From NCBI GenBank assembly GCA_040221175.1, contig JAVJVK010000004.1, positions 416,268-480,267 of the forward strand: a stretch of DNA of 64,000 nucleotides. The letters run 5' to 3'. The position numbers were made by a program, and so were the translations under genes. The stretch is from Phycisphaerales bacterium. Lineage in GTDB: Bacteria; Planctomycetota; Phycisphaerae; Phycisphaerales; UBA1924. Under the pieces are notes generated by a model, which saw only the letters and a list, made by a program, of their open reading frames with translations, was not told the origin of the DNA and did not search any database. Positions within the stretch are counted from its first letter, which is position 1. Every line of letters starts with the position of its first letter. Below are positions 42,604 to 51,447 of this stretch, piece by piece.

Positions 42604-43248
42604 TTAGCGGCGGCGACGGGCGGCCGCAAGCCCACCGAGGCCCAGCGAGGCGGGAGCAGGGATGACCTCGCCACTCACCTGAGTCGAGACGCCGGTGAAG
42701 TCGGCGTCGAAGAAGCCGGACGAGCCGCTGATAAACAGCTGGACCAGGGCGCCGTCGTAGGGCGCCTCGCCGGGCAGGTCGGTCGAGAACGAGCCGGCGG
42801 TCGGGCCGTCGAACGTGCCGTCGCCGCTGACGTCGTTAAAATCGACGCCGGACAGCAGGCCGTTGAAGGCGATGATGCCGCCCGAGCCGAGCTGGACGAA
42901 CTCGCCGTCGATGGTGCCCGACAGGGTCTCGCCGTGGACATCGACAATGGTGAACGTGCCGTCGCCGTCAGCGGTGCCGGCACCGGTGATCATCACGTCG
43001 ATGTCGAAGCTGAAGTCGGCGGCGCCGGTTCCAGCAAACCCGGGCTCGAAGACCGCGGTACCGCCGGGGCTGGCCAAGCGGGTCACGTCGCCCGACGTGG
43101 TCGCGTCGGAAGCGCCGGTAAACGAGCTATCGCTCGCGGTGAACGAACCGTTGACGTCGGTGAAGCCAAACGTCAGTATGGCCTGAGCGTTGGCAACGGC
43201 GGCCGTGGCGGCAACGCCAGCAACAGCAATAAGCGTGGTACGACCCAT
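42604..43248 (-). CDS. Secreted protein with a PEP-CTERM-like C-terminal sorting tail
   Basis: Signal peptide 'MGRTTLIAVAGVAATAAVANAQA'. Gly/Asp/Thr-rich beta-type body. The tail 'VIPAPASLGLGGLAAARRRR' has a P-x-P motif, a hydrophobic stretch and an Arg cluster. GAGGAGA precedes the ATG. Confidence 0.55.
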   Translation of the reverse strand: MGRTTLIAVAGVAATAAVANAQAILTFGFTDVNGSFTASDSSFTGASDATTSGDVTRLASPGGTAVFEPGFAGTGAADFSFDIDVMITGAGTADGDGTFTIVDVHGETLSGTIDGEFVQLGSGGIIAFNGLLSGVDFNDVSGDGTFDGPTAGSFSTDLPGEAPYDGALVQLFISGSSGFFDADFTGVSTQVSGEVIPAPASLGLGGLAAARRRR

Positions 43249-43597
43249 CTCTGCATCTCCTCATGGGCAAGGCGCCCGTTCGGTCCATCCCGACATTCGG
43301 CCTGTGCGGCCGCCCAGTCTCCCTTTGGGATCGGGACAATCTCCTCTTAGCTTACAGGCTAACCGATCTTCTGCTAGGAATCCAGAGAGTTTTCTGACCT
43401 TGACCGCCAAATTATGCGGACGCAGTCTTCAAAACTACCCATTTTCACGGTTGCACGACGTGCAAGGGCAAGACCTGAAAATTATCGGTCGTTTGTTGAC
43501 GGAAACCAACAAGTCCCATAACCAGCACTGCCCGCCGTCGCACATTCGCAACATGACGTGGCTTGGTTGTGTTTGGGTGTGGTCGTGCAGGCCGAGT

Positions 43598-44158
43598 TCA
43601 CATCGGCTTCTTGTCGATGGTCACGTCGTAGACGTGCAGGAGCTTCTCCTTATCGAAGATCAGCTCCTGGCGGCTCTGGCCGGTGATGTCGTACTCGGTC
43701 GTGAGCTCGATGGCGTCGACGGGGCAGGCCTCTTCGCACATGCCGCAGAAGATGCAGCGAAGCTCATCGATCTCGAACTTCTTGGGGTACTTCTCGCGGT
43801 CGTCCCAGGGGCTCTCCTCGGCCACGATGTGGATGCAATTGGCCGGACAGATGGTCGGGCACATCATGCAGGCCACGCACTTGACGCGGCCTTCCTCATC
43901 GCGGTTCAGGCGGTGCACGCCGCGGAAGTTGCTGGCGTTCTGGCCGCCCTCCTCTACGGGGAGGTCCTCCCGCCGCACCTCGGGGTACTGCATGGTGCGG
44001 TTGGTGTTCTTGCCGGGCAGGACGCCCTGGCCGAAGCTGGTGAAGAAGTGCCGCATCGTGGTGCCAAAGCCGACCACGACCTCTCGGACGTAGAGCCGCT
44101 CGGTGGTCGTCATGGGCGGGGGTGCGATCCGCAGGATGTCCTGTTCTGGCACGGTCAT
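43598..44158 (-). CDS. nuoI: NADH-quinone oxidoreductase subunit I (2x[4Fe-4S] ferredoxin)
   Basis: 'ERLYVREVVVGFGTTMRHFF', 'RFRG'-like 'NFRGVHRL', 'CVACMMCPTICPANCI' and 'CIFCGMCEEACPVDAI'. The start could be the internal Met at 44113. No other nuo gene is adjacent. Confidence 0.8.
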   Translation of the reverse strand: MTVPEQDILRIAPPPMTTTERLYVREVVVGFGTTMRHFFTSFGQGVLPGKNTNRTMQYPEVRREDLPVEEGGQNASNFRGVHRLNRDEEGRVKCVACMMCPTICPANCIHIVAEESPWDDREKYPKKFEIDELRCIFCGMCEEACPVDAIELTTEYDITGQSRQELIFDKEKLLHVYDVTIDKKPM

Positions 44159-44281
44159 GGGGCCGATGATAGGGCATGGAATGATCGGGTCGACGGCGGC
44201 GTGGCGGGAAACGCCGCCCCGGAAGAAATCGCCCGGAAAGCCGATGGACGACGCGGCCTCGGGCCGAGATAGACTGTTGGT

Positions 44282-45304
44282 ATGGCAAGCCGCCGCCCCC
44301 CACTATTTGAGTTGCTCCAGCAAGATGATGGCTCTCGCCAGGGCCGCCCAGGCGGCAACGGACGATCGGGCGTGCTTTCTGGCCATCCATCGAAGCCAAG
44401 CGAAACGCCCGCGCACGACTCATCCACTGGCGCGGGACATGCGGCCGGGGCGGTCGAGAGCAAGCCCCAAAAATCTGAGAAGTCCACCGCCATCGAGGAC
44501 ATCGGTTCGCCGGCGGTCACGCCCGAACGCCCGGCCCGCAAGGAGAATCCCGCCGCCGCGCCCAAGGCCAAGCCCGTTAAGCCCAAGCCTGAATCGAGCC
44601 AACCGACGCCCAAGCCCGAGCGTGCCGCGGGGGCAGCCGACTGGTCGGGCATGCATCCTCAGAGCTCGGTGCGCGTGCGGATGCTGTGGCTGTATGGCGC
44701 ATTGGTCGCGGTTGTGCTGCTGGTCGTGGGCGTCTGGGCCCTTGGATACAACCTGGGCGAACGCAACCAGAAGGCCGAACTGGGCGCCTACCTCGATCGG
44801 GCCGGCCAGGCGGGACCGATCCGGGATCCGCTGGATGATCCGGCGCAACAGGACCAACCCACCGACCCGACGCCGCTGTCGGGCATCGAAACCGTTGAAC
44901 GCCAGACCCCTGACCAATCTCCGCCGGTGCAGGCCGAAGCCGAGCAGCCGACTCAGCAGCCCGAAGCCAGGCCGTCGCCCCCGGCGGCGGTCGATGTCCT
45001 GACCGACGTACGTGAGGCGGGCAACAACTACCTGAAGCTGGCCAGCGGGATGGATCTCGAGCGAGCCCGCGGCCTGGCGCTGCATCTGGCCCGGAACGGG
45101 GTGCCCGCGATGGCCATCGACGAGGGGCGCCTGGGCTATGGGCTTTATACCGCCATGGCGGTGCCCAGCGGCCAGTATCGTGCGATGGGCCCCCAGCGTC
45201 GCGAGCACGAGGACCGGGTCGTTCGCCTGCTCGACCAGACGCCCCAGGAACTCGGCGGCCCATATACCCCCCGCGGGCAACTCTGGATCCGCTTCGACGG
45301 CTGA
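44282..45304 (+). CDS. Hypothetical single-pass membrane protein
   Basis: 340-aa ORF. The N-terminal half is disordered and Pro/Lys-rich. One TM segment 'LWLYGALVAVVLLVVGVWALGY'. The C-terminal ~90-aa globular region ('NNYLKLASGMDLERARGLALHLARNGVPAMAIDEG..GYGLYTAMAV') is vaguely SPOR-like, but that is not established. Confidence 0.45.
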   Translation: MASRRPPLFELLQQDDGSRQGRPGGNGRSGVLSGHPSKPSETPAHDSSTGAGHAAGAVESKPQKSEKSTAIEDIGSPAVTPERPARKENPAAAPKAKPVKPKPESSQPTPKPERAAGAADWSGMHPQSSVRVRMLWLYGALVAVVLLVVGVWALGYNLGERNQKAELGAYLDRAGQAGPIRDPLDDPAQQDQPTDPTPLSGIETVERQTPDQSPPVQAEAEQPTQQPEARPSPPAAVDVLTDVREAGNNYLKLASGMDLERARGLALHLARNGVPAMAIDEGRLGYGLYTAMAVPSGQYRAMGPQRREHEDRVVRLLDQTPQELGGPYTPRGQLWIRFDG

Positions 45305-45406
45305 GGACGGTGGAGCCAGCGGGCTGGCCCGAGGAACGCACCTCGTCTATCATCTCCGCCCGGGCCGGCGAATCGGCCGGGGCTGTTCTTGCTTGGAGAA
45401 TCGGTC

Positions 45407-45562
45407 ATGAGCCTTCACAGTTCGCTTCGCACGGGTGGCGCCTTGGTTCAGAAGCGGTCGGTCCTTACGCGGGCCGAGCGAGTCGCCAAGCTGCTGGCCG
45501 AGAAGAAGATGCCCAAGGACGAAAAGAGGGCCCTGGGCCTTCCGAAGGTCCGCGTGCATTGA
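45407..45562 (+). CDS. Small basic protein (51 aa), not in the supplied ORF track
   Basis: ATG 45407, preceded by GGAGAA at 45395-45400. Translation 'MSLHSSLRTGGALVQKRSVLTRAERVAKLLAEKKMPKDEKRALGLPKVRVH', stop TGA at 45560-45562. From memory it resembles the ~50-aa 'small basic protein' family annotated in Planctomycetota, Verrucomicrobiota and Chlamydiota (SL..SL.......R.VLTR.ER...L........LGLPKV). Confidence 0.6.
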   Translation: MSLHSSLRTGGALVQKRSVLTRAERVAKLLAEKKMPKDEKRALGLPKVRVH

Positions 45563-45634
45563 TCTGGCTTACTCCATCCCATCGATTCCTCGCCGGACAG
45601 CGCTTTTGCCGTTGATGGAGGGAACGATGGGGGC

Positions 45635-46816
45635 ATGGATGTACGCCGCCTCGTAACCGAACGCGCCCAGGCCGTTGACGCCTCGGGCATCCGCCGAATC
45701 TTCCAACTCGGCGCCCAGATCGAAGACCCCATCAACCTGAGCATCGGGCAGCCGGACTTTCCGGTGCCCGAGCCGATCAAGCGCGCCGCGATCGAGGCGA
45801 TCGAAGGCGATCAGAACGGCTATACGCAGACTCAGGGCATCGCGCCATTGCGCGAGAAACTCGTGGGCTGGCTGTCAAGGGACCTGGGCTGGACGTTCGG
45901 CGGCCCGGGTGACCCGGAGGTGCTGGTCACCAGTGGCACCAGCGGAGCCTTGTTTCTGGCGTTCATGGCGCTGGTCGGGCCGGGCGACGAGGCGATCATC
46001 CCGAACCCCTACTTCGTGATGTATCCGCACGTGGCCACAATGTGCGGCGGAAAGGCCGTGCGCTGCGACACGTATCCGGACTTCCGCATGACGGCCGAGC
46101 GTGTCGAGCCGCTGATCACCGACCGGACCAAGCTGGTGCTGTACAACGCGCCTTCGAACCCGGCGGGCGTGGTTGGCAGCGTGGATGAATGCCGAGAGTT
46201 GCTGGAGCTGTGCCGCCGCAAGGGCGTGCTGCTGATCAGCGACGAGATCTACGACGAATTCACGTTCGACGACTTCGAGTCCGACGCGATGGTGGGCGAG
46301 CCGGGCTCGCCCCGGTGCCCCTCGCCCGCACGGTTCCTGGGCGCTCAGGACGACGTGCTGGTCATCCGAGGCTTTGGCAAGACGTATGGCGTGACGGGCT
46401 GGCGGATGGGCTATGCCGCCGGGCCGGCCGAACTGATGGGCCACATCGCCAAGTTTCAGCAATACACATACGTGTGTGCGCCGTCGATGGCCCAGCATGG
46501 GTGCATCGCGGCGATGGACGTGGACATGACCGAGACCGTGCGCGCGTACAAGCAGCGTCGCGATTCGCTGGTCGAAGCCTTGAGCCAGTGGACGGAGGTG
46601 GCCGTGCCGGGCGGAGCGTTCTATCTGTTTCCCCGCGTGCCGGAAGGGAAGACCGGAACCCAGTTCGTCGAAGAGGCCATCGCCCGGAAGCTCCTGGTGA
46701 TCCCCGGGGGCATCTTCAGCGACCGGGACACGCACTTCCGCCTGAGCTTTGCCTCGTCGCCCGAAACCATCGAACGGGGAATCAAGGTGCTGGAGTCGCT
46801 GTACGCGGGCGTCTAG
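45635..46816 (+). CDS. Class I/II PLP-dependent aminotransferase (aspartate-aminotransferase-like)
   Basis: 'LSIGQPDFPVPEPIKRAA', 'GYTQTQGIAPLRE', 'NAPSNPAGVV', 'ISDEIYDEF' and 'RGFGKTYGVTGWRMGYAAGP' (PLP-lysine block). Confidence 0.85.
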   Translation: MDVRRLVTERAQAVDASGIRRIFQLGAQIEDPINLSIGQPDFPVPEPIKRAAIEAIEGDQNGYTQTQGIAPLREKLVGWLSRDLGWTFGGPGDPEVLVTSGTSGALFLAFMALVGPGDEAIIPNPYFVMYPHVATMCGGKAVRCDTYPDFRMTAERVEPLITDRTKLVLYNAPSNPAGVVGSVDECRELLELCRRKGVLLISDEIYDEFTFDDFESDAMVGEPGSPRCPSPARFLGAQDDVLVIRGFGKTYGVTGWRMGYAAGPAELMGHIAKFQQYTYVCAPSMAQHGCIAAMDVDMTETVRAYKQRRDSLVEALSQWTEVAVPGGAFYLFPRVPEGKTGTQFVEEAIARKLLVIPGGIFSDRDTHFRLSFASSPETIERGIKVLESLYAGV

Positions 46817-46856
46817 GTGACGAGTCGATATTATCGCCCTGAAACCGGAGAACACC

Positions 46857-48260
46857 ATGATCGCTCGCACGCTCGCCCTGGCCTCGATCATCCTGACGAC
46901 CTGCGGAACCGCCCTGGCACGTGATCCCGAGCAACTCAGCCGCTGGGCCGAGGAGGGCAAGGCCCGGGCCGAGAAAATGCGCGGCCTGCTGTTCCTCCGC
47001 GACGTGCCGGTGGAACTCATGTCCCGAGCTGAGATCGAGCAGGAGATCCTGGAGATCGTCGATCGCGATATGCCCCCCGAGTGGCGCGTGCAGATCGACC
47101 GTGGGTACAAGGCCTTCGGCCTCGTGCCGATGGACTCGGACGTGCTGAACGACATGATCAAGCTCGTCGTCTCGCAGGCGGGCGGGTTCTACGACCCCGA
47201 GGCCAAGCACGTCATCCTGCCGGACGATCTGGAAGAGTTCATGGGGCAGATGGTCGGCCAGATGGCCGCGGGCGCACCGGGGTTCATGGACCCGATGATG
47301 CGCAACATCCTGACGCACGAGTTCACCCACGCGTTGCAGGACCAGCACCATGACCTGAACATGATCATGGGCCTGGCCATGGACGACGACGACGTGAAGC
47401 TGGCGCTGACCGCTCTGGTGGAGGGGGATGCGACGCTCATCGGTACGGGCGCCATGATGGATGCCGGCGGCGACATGACCCAGTTGCTCAAGCAGGACCC
47501 AGCCGCCATGGGCGCGATGATGGGCGCCGGCGGGGGCATGATGGGCGCCGAGGCCAACGCCATGCCCGCGATCCTGAAAGAGACGCTCATCTTCCCGTAC
47601 GTGCACGGGTACGTACTGGTCGCGACGATGGTGCAGGATGGCGGCTTCGAGCGCGTGGACGCGGCGTTCGATGACCCCCCGCTCTCGACCGAGCAGTTGC
47701 TGCACATCGAGAAGTATCTGGGTGAACAGCGCGATGAGCCGGTGGAGATCACCCTGCCAACCGTCAACCTCGCCGAACTGGGGTGGAAGCCGGTGGCCCA
47801 AAACACGTTCGGCGAATTCCAGACCCGGGTGCTGCTGGGCAACTCGCCCGACGCGATCATGGCCGCCGAGGGCTGGGACGGCGATCGGTTCCAGGTGTGG
47901 GAGCACGAGGACGGACGCCTGGCCGCAGCGTGGATCAGCGTTTGGGACAGCGACGCCGACGCCAAGCAATTCGCCGAGGAGTTGGCCTATCACGAGGGCA
48001 AGCGATTCGAGGGAGATGCCGCCCGCCAGAAGCGGCGGGACGAGCAGGGCCGCCTGGAAATCGCCGTGGGTTCTCGCCAAGACCTTTCCTGGGTCACCAT
48101 CGAGGGCGATACGGTCTTGCTGACGCGCGGCTTCCCGGCGGATACGGCGGGTGTCGTCGAAAGCTCGATTCGCGGGTTGTCGACGCGGTCCATCAAGACG
48201 TGGGCAAGCGTGAAGGCCGCGGCTGAGGCGGGCGAGCAACTGGAAGTGCCCGTTCCCTGA
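46857..48260 (+). CDS. Secreted putative zinc metallopeptidase (HExxH ... E, gluzincin-like)
   Basis: Signal peptide 'MIARTLALASIILTTCGTALA'. 'ILTHEFTHALQDQHHDL' is followed 33 residues later by 'LVEGDATL'. No finer family assignment is possible by eye. Confidence 0.55.
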   Translation: MIARTLALASIILTTCGTALARDPEQLSRWAEEGKARAEKMRGLLFLRDVPVELMSRAEIEQEILEIVDRDMPPEWRVQIDRGYKAFGLVPMDSDVLNDMIKLVVSQAGGFYDPEAKHVILPDDLEEFMGQMVGQMAAGAPGFMDPMMRNILTHEFTHALQDQHHDLNMIMGLAMDDDDVKLALTALVEGDATLIGTGAMMDAGGDMTQLLKQDPAAMGAMMGAGGGMMGAEANAMPAILKETLIFPYVHGYVLVATMVQDGGFERVDAAFDDPPLSTEQLLHIEKYLGEQRDEPVEITLPTVNLAELGWKPVAQNTFGEFQTRVLLGNSPDAIMAAEGWDGDRFQVWEHEDGRLAAAWISVWDSDADAKQFAEELAYHEGKRFEGDAARQKRRDEQGRLEIAVGSRQDLSWVTIEGDTVLLTRGFPADTAGVVESSIRGLSTRSIKTWASVKAAAEAGEQLEVPVP

Positions 48261-48282
48261 ACCTGTCGCCGACGGAGACTGC

Positions 48283-49323
48283 ATGGACGCGGATCAATCC
48301 ACGCCGGAAGCCACCCAGGCCGCTGCCGAGAAGTTTCGGAGCGATTACGCCGCCGTGCGCGATCAGGTCGCCAGGGTGGTCGTGGGCCAGCGCGAGATCG
48401 TCGATGGCTTGCTGACCTGCCTGTTCACGGGTGGGCACGCGCTGCTCGAGGGCGTACCGGGCATCGGCAAGACGCTCATGGTGCGCACGCTGGCCAGCGC
48501 GCTGTCGCTCGACTTCGGCCGGGTGCAGTTCACGCCCGACCTGATGCCCGCGGACATCACCGGCACCACGGTCATCGACGAGGTGAAAACCGAGGGCGGG
48601 CACGTCAAGCGGCAGTTTGCTTTCCAGCGTGGGCCGATCTTTGCACAGATGGTGCTGGCCGACGAGATCAACCGCGCGACGCCCAAGACGCAGAGTGCGC
48701 TGCTCGAAGCCATGCAGGAGCGCCGGGTGACGGTCGCGGGCACGACGCACGAACTGCCAGCGCCGTTCTTCGTGCTTGCGACGCAGAACCCCATCGAGCA
48801 GGAGGGCACGTACCCGCTGCCCGAAGCCCAACTCGATCGCTTCTTCTTCAAGCTGCAGGTGGGCTACGCGTCTCGCGAGGAGATGGGCGAGATCATCGCG
48901 CGAACGACCGGGGCCACCCATGCCGACGCCGAGCCGGTGCTCGACTCGGCAACCATTCTGGAGCACCAGAAGCTGGTTCGGCGCGTGGCGGTCACCGATC
49001 GGGTGCGGGACTACGCCATCCGTATGGTGCTGAGCACGCACCCGAAGGGTCGCGATTCGGACGGTCGCTTTGCCACGCCCATGGTGAATCAGTACGTGCG
49101 GGTCGGCGCCTCGCCGCGTGCGGCCCAGGCACTCATCCTGGGCGCCAAGTGCAGGGCCCTGGTCGACGGCCGCCCTTCCGTGGCGATCGAAGACGTGCAG
49201 GCCATCGCCCTGCCGGCGTTGCGGCATCGCATCGTGGTGAACTTCGAGGCCGAGGCGGAAGGCGTCCACAGCGATCCGATCGTTGAGAACATCGTTCAGA
49301 CGCTGCCGTTGGAGGGCGGGTGA
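48283..49323 (+). CDS. MoxR-family AAA+ ATPase
   Basis: 'VVVGQREIVDGLLTCLFTGGHALLEGVPGIGKT', 'FTPDLMPADITGT', 'GPIFAQMVLADEINRATPKTQSALLEAMQE' and 'LPEAQLDRFFFKL' are typical MoxR (AAA_3) blocks. Confidence 0.85.
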   Translation: MDADQSTPEATQAAAEKFRSDYAAVRDQVARVVVGQREIVDGLLTCLFTGGHALLEGVPGIGKTLMVRTLASALSLDFGRVQFTPDLMPADITGTTVIDEVKTEGGHVKRQFAFQRGPIFAQMVLADEINRATPKTQSALLEAMQERRVTVAGTTHELPAPFFVLATQNPIEQEGTYPLPEAQLDRFFFKLQVGYASREEMGEIIARTTGATHADAEPVLDSATILEHQKLVRRVAVTDRVRDYAIRMVLSTHPKGRDSDGRFATPMVNQYVRVGASPRAAQALILGAKCRALVDGRPSVAIEDVQAIALPALRHRIVVNFEAEAEGVHSDPIVENIVQTLPLEGG

Positions 49324-51416
49324 GCACAGGACTCGTGGGCAGCCCGGGACTCCTGGGGCGCGTGTCGATCCGCGTGGTGCTCCCGTTGCTGATGGGCCTG
49401 CCCGTAGCGCTCGCCGCCTTCGTGCTGGTGGAGCTGTGGAGCGAGAACACCACCGAGACGGCGCGTCGCTTGAACGCCTCGGAGATGGCCCAGATCCACG
49501 GCCGGATCAACGAACGGCTGGCCACCCTGCTCGAAACGCCGGCCCGGGCAACACGCGTGCAGCGTGGGCACATCATCGATGGTCGACTGGACGTGGCCGA
49601 TCTGCGTTCCTGGCGGCAGCCCCTGTTCGAGTTCACAACCGCGATGGACATGCTCAGCGGGCTCAGCTGGGGCAGCGCCAATGGGCAAGCCGTCTGGGTG
49701 TTCCGCTATCCCGGCAAGCTCCACACCGAGTTTGCCATCGCAGATGACCGAACCGCGGCGGAGAACGGATCGAGCGAGACGGGGTACGTCGTCGAATACG
49801 CCGTGGACGCGGCCGGCGACATCATCGACCGCACGGGCGGCTATCCGTACGACCCGCGCGTCCGACCGTGGTACGTCGGGGCGGTGAAGCTGGGGCGGCC
49901 CACGTTCCTCGAGCCCTACGCGTGGCTCAACGTTGATGGGCAGGCCACCACGCTTGGCCTGCCGTTCGTCGAGCCCGTCTACGCCCGCCCGGATGTCGAG
50001 GGCAGCACCGGTGATCTGATCGGCGTGCTCTCGGCAGAAATCGGGCTGGAAGATCTCTCGGCTTTTCTGCGCACGCTTCGGGTCGGCCAAGCGGGCTTCG
50101 TGCTGGTGATCGACAGCGGCGGACGCTTGATCGCCCACTCGTTGCCTCCCGAGCAGGTGCCCACGATCGCCGAGGTCGACGGCTTGCCGGTGGCGCCCAT
50201 CGCGGCTCAGAGCGGCGACGCCCGGGTGCGCGACGCGGCGAACCACGCGGCACGGGTGGTTGCCGAGGATCGTGAATCAAACGACTCCGGCGAATCTTCC
50301 TCGCCCTCCACGCCGCCGACGAGCATCGCCTCGATTGCGTCACAACCGATGCTCGTGCGTGTCTCGAGCTATCAAGAAGCACCGGGGCTGGACTGGCGGA
50401 TCATTACCGCCCTGCCAGAAGCCGAGCTGCTCGATCCCGTGACGGCTACGCGTTCGAGCAGCGACCGCGCAATCACGATTGCATTCGTATCGACGTTGTT
50501 GCTCGGCTTAACGCTTGGATTGCTGGCGACGCTTCCGGTGTCGCGCCTGGTGCGAGAGATTGGGCGCGTCGGCGAGGGCGAACTCGACGAGAAGATCGAG
50601 CCCGGCGCGACGGCCGAACTTGGCCGGATTGCCGAAGCGGTGAACGTCATGGCCGAAGACCTCAAGGACCGCGTGCGACTGCGCGAGAGCCTGCAGGTCG
50701 CGATGGAGGTGCAGAAGAACCTGCTGCCGCAGGGCCCGCCCACGATCGAGGGACTCGGTATCGCCGGCCACAGCTCGTATTGCGACGAGACTGGCGGCGA
50801 CTACTACGACTACCTGCACATCGAGGGCCTGGATGATCGGTGCGCCGCTCTGGCGATCGGCGACGTGGTCGGGCACGGCGTCGCGGCGGCCATGCTGATG
50901 GCGACCGCCAGGGGAATCTTGCGCAGCCGTTGCCACGAGCCCGCGAGCTTGGGCGATCTCTTGACGCACTTGAATGAGCTGCTCGTCCACGATACCGGGG
51001 GCGAGCGATTCATGACCATGCTCCTGGTCGTGCTGGATTCATCAGACGGACGCATGTCGTGGGCGTCGGCCGGCCACGGTCCGCCGCTGGTGTACATCGC
51101 TCGGGAAGATCGGTTCCTGGATCTGGAAGGCGGGGGCATCCCGCTCGGATTATTCGGATCAAGGCCTTACGAGACGTACGAGACCCAGGCACTGGCCCCG
51201 GGCGACGTGGTCGTGCTGGCGACCGATGGCATCTGGGAAGCCAAGCGTCTCGATGGTGAGTTCTATGGCATGGAACGCCTGCGGAGCATCGTGCGCCAAT
51301 CGTCGAGCCAGGACGCACAAGCCATCGCCGACGCCATCCGCGAGGATCATCTGACGCAATGCGGGGAACACAGCAACGACGACGACGTGACGCTCGTCGT
51401 CACCCGGCTTTCCTGA
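49320..51416 (+). CDS. Membrane sensor phosphatase: Cache-like periplasmic domain, HAMP, PP2C/SpoIIE phosphatase
   Basis: The GTG start overlaps the moxR stop (GTGA). First TM 'VVLPLLMGLPVALAAFVLV'. Cache-type 'YDPRVRPWY...GDLIGVLSAEIGLEDLSAFL...GFVLVIDSGGRLIAHS'. Second TM, then HAMP 'VSRLVREIGRVGEGELDEKIEPGATAELGRIAEAVNVMAEDL'. SpoIIE block 'GGDYYDY...IGDVVGHGVAAAMLMA...LATDGIWEA...DDVTLVV'. Confidence 0.8.
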   Translation: MSTGLVGSPGLLGRVSIRVVLPLLMGLPVALAAFVLVELWSENTTETARRLNASEMAQIHGRINERLATLLETPARATRVQRGHIIDGRLDVADLRSWRQPLFEFTTAMDMLSGLSWGSANGQAVWVFRYPGKLHTEFAIADDRTAAENGSSETGYVVEYAVDAAGDIIDRTGGYPYDPRVRPWYVGAVKLGRPTFLEPYAWLNVDGQATTLGLPFVEPVYARPDVEGSTGDLIGVLSAEIGLEDLSAFLRTLRVGQAGFVLVIDSGGRLIAHSLPPEQVPTIAEVDGLPVAPIAAQSGDARVRDAANHAARVVAEDRESNDSGESSSPSTPPTSIASIASQPMLVRVSSYQEAPGLDWRIITALPEAELLDPVTATRSSSDRAITIAFVSTLLLGLTLGLLATLPVSRLVREIGRVGEGELDEKIEPGATAELGRIAEAVNVMAEDLKDRVRLRESLQVAMEVQKNLLPQGPPTIEGLGIAGHSSYCDETGGDYYDYLHIEGLDDRCAALAIGDVVGHGVAAAMLMATARGILRSRCHEPASLGDLLTHLNELLVHDTGGERFMTMLLVVLDSSDGRMSWASAGHGPPLVYIAREDRFLDLEGGGIPLGLFGSRPYETYETQALAPGDVVVLATDGIWEAKRLDGEFYGMERLRSIVRQSSSQDAQAIADAIREDHLTQCGEHSNDDDVTLVVTRLS

Positions 51417-51447
51417 TCTGCCGCCCGCCGACGCGCTAACCTCGTCC

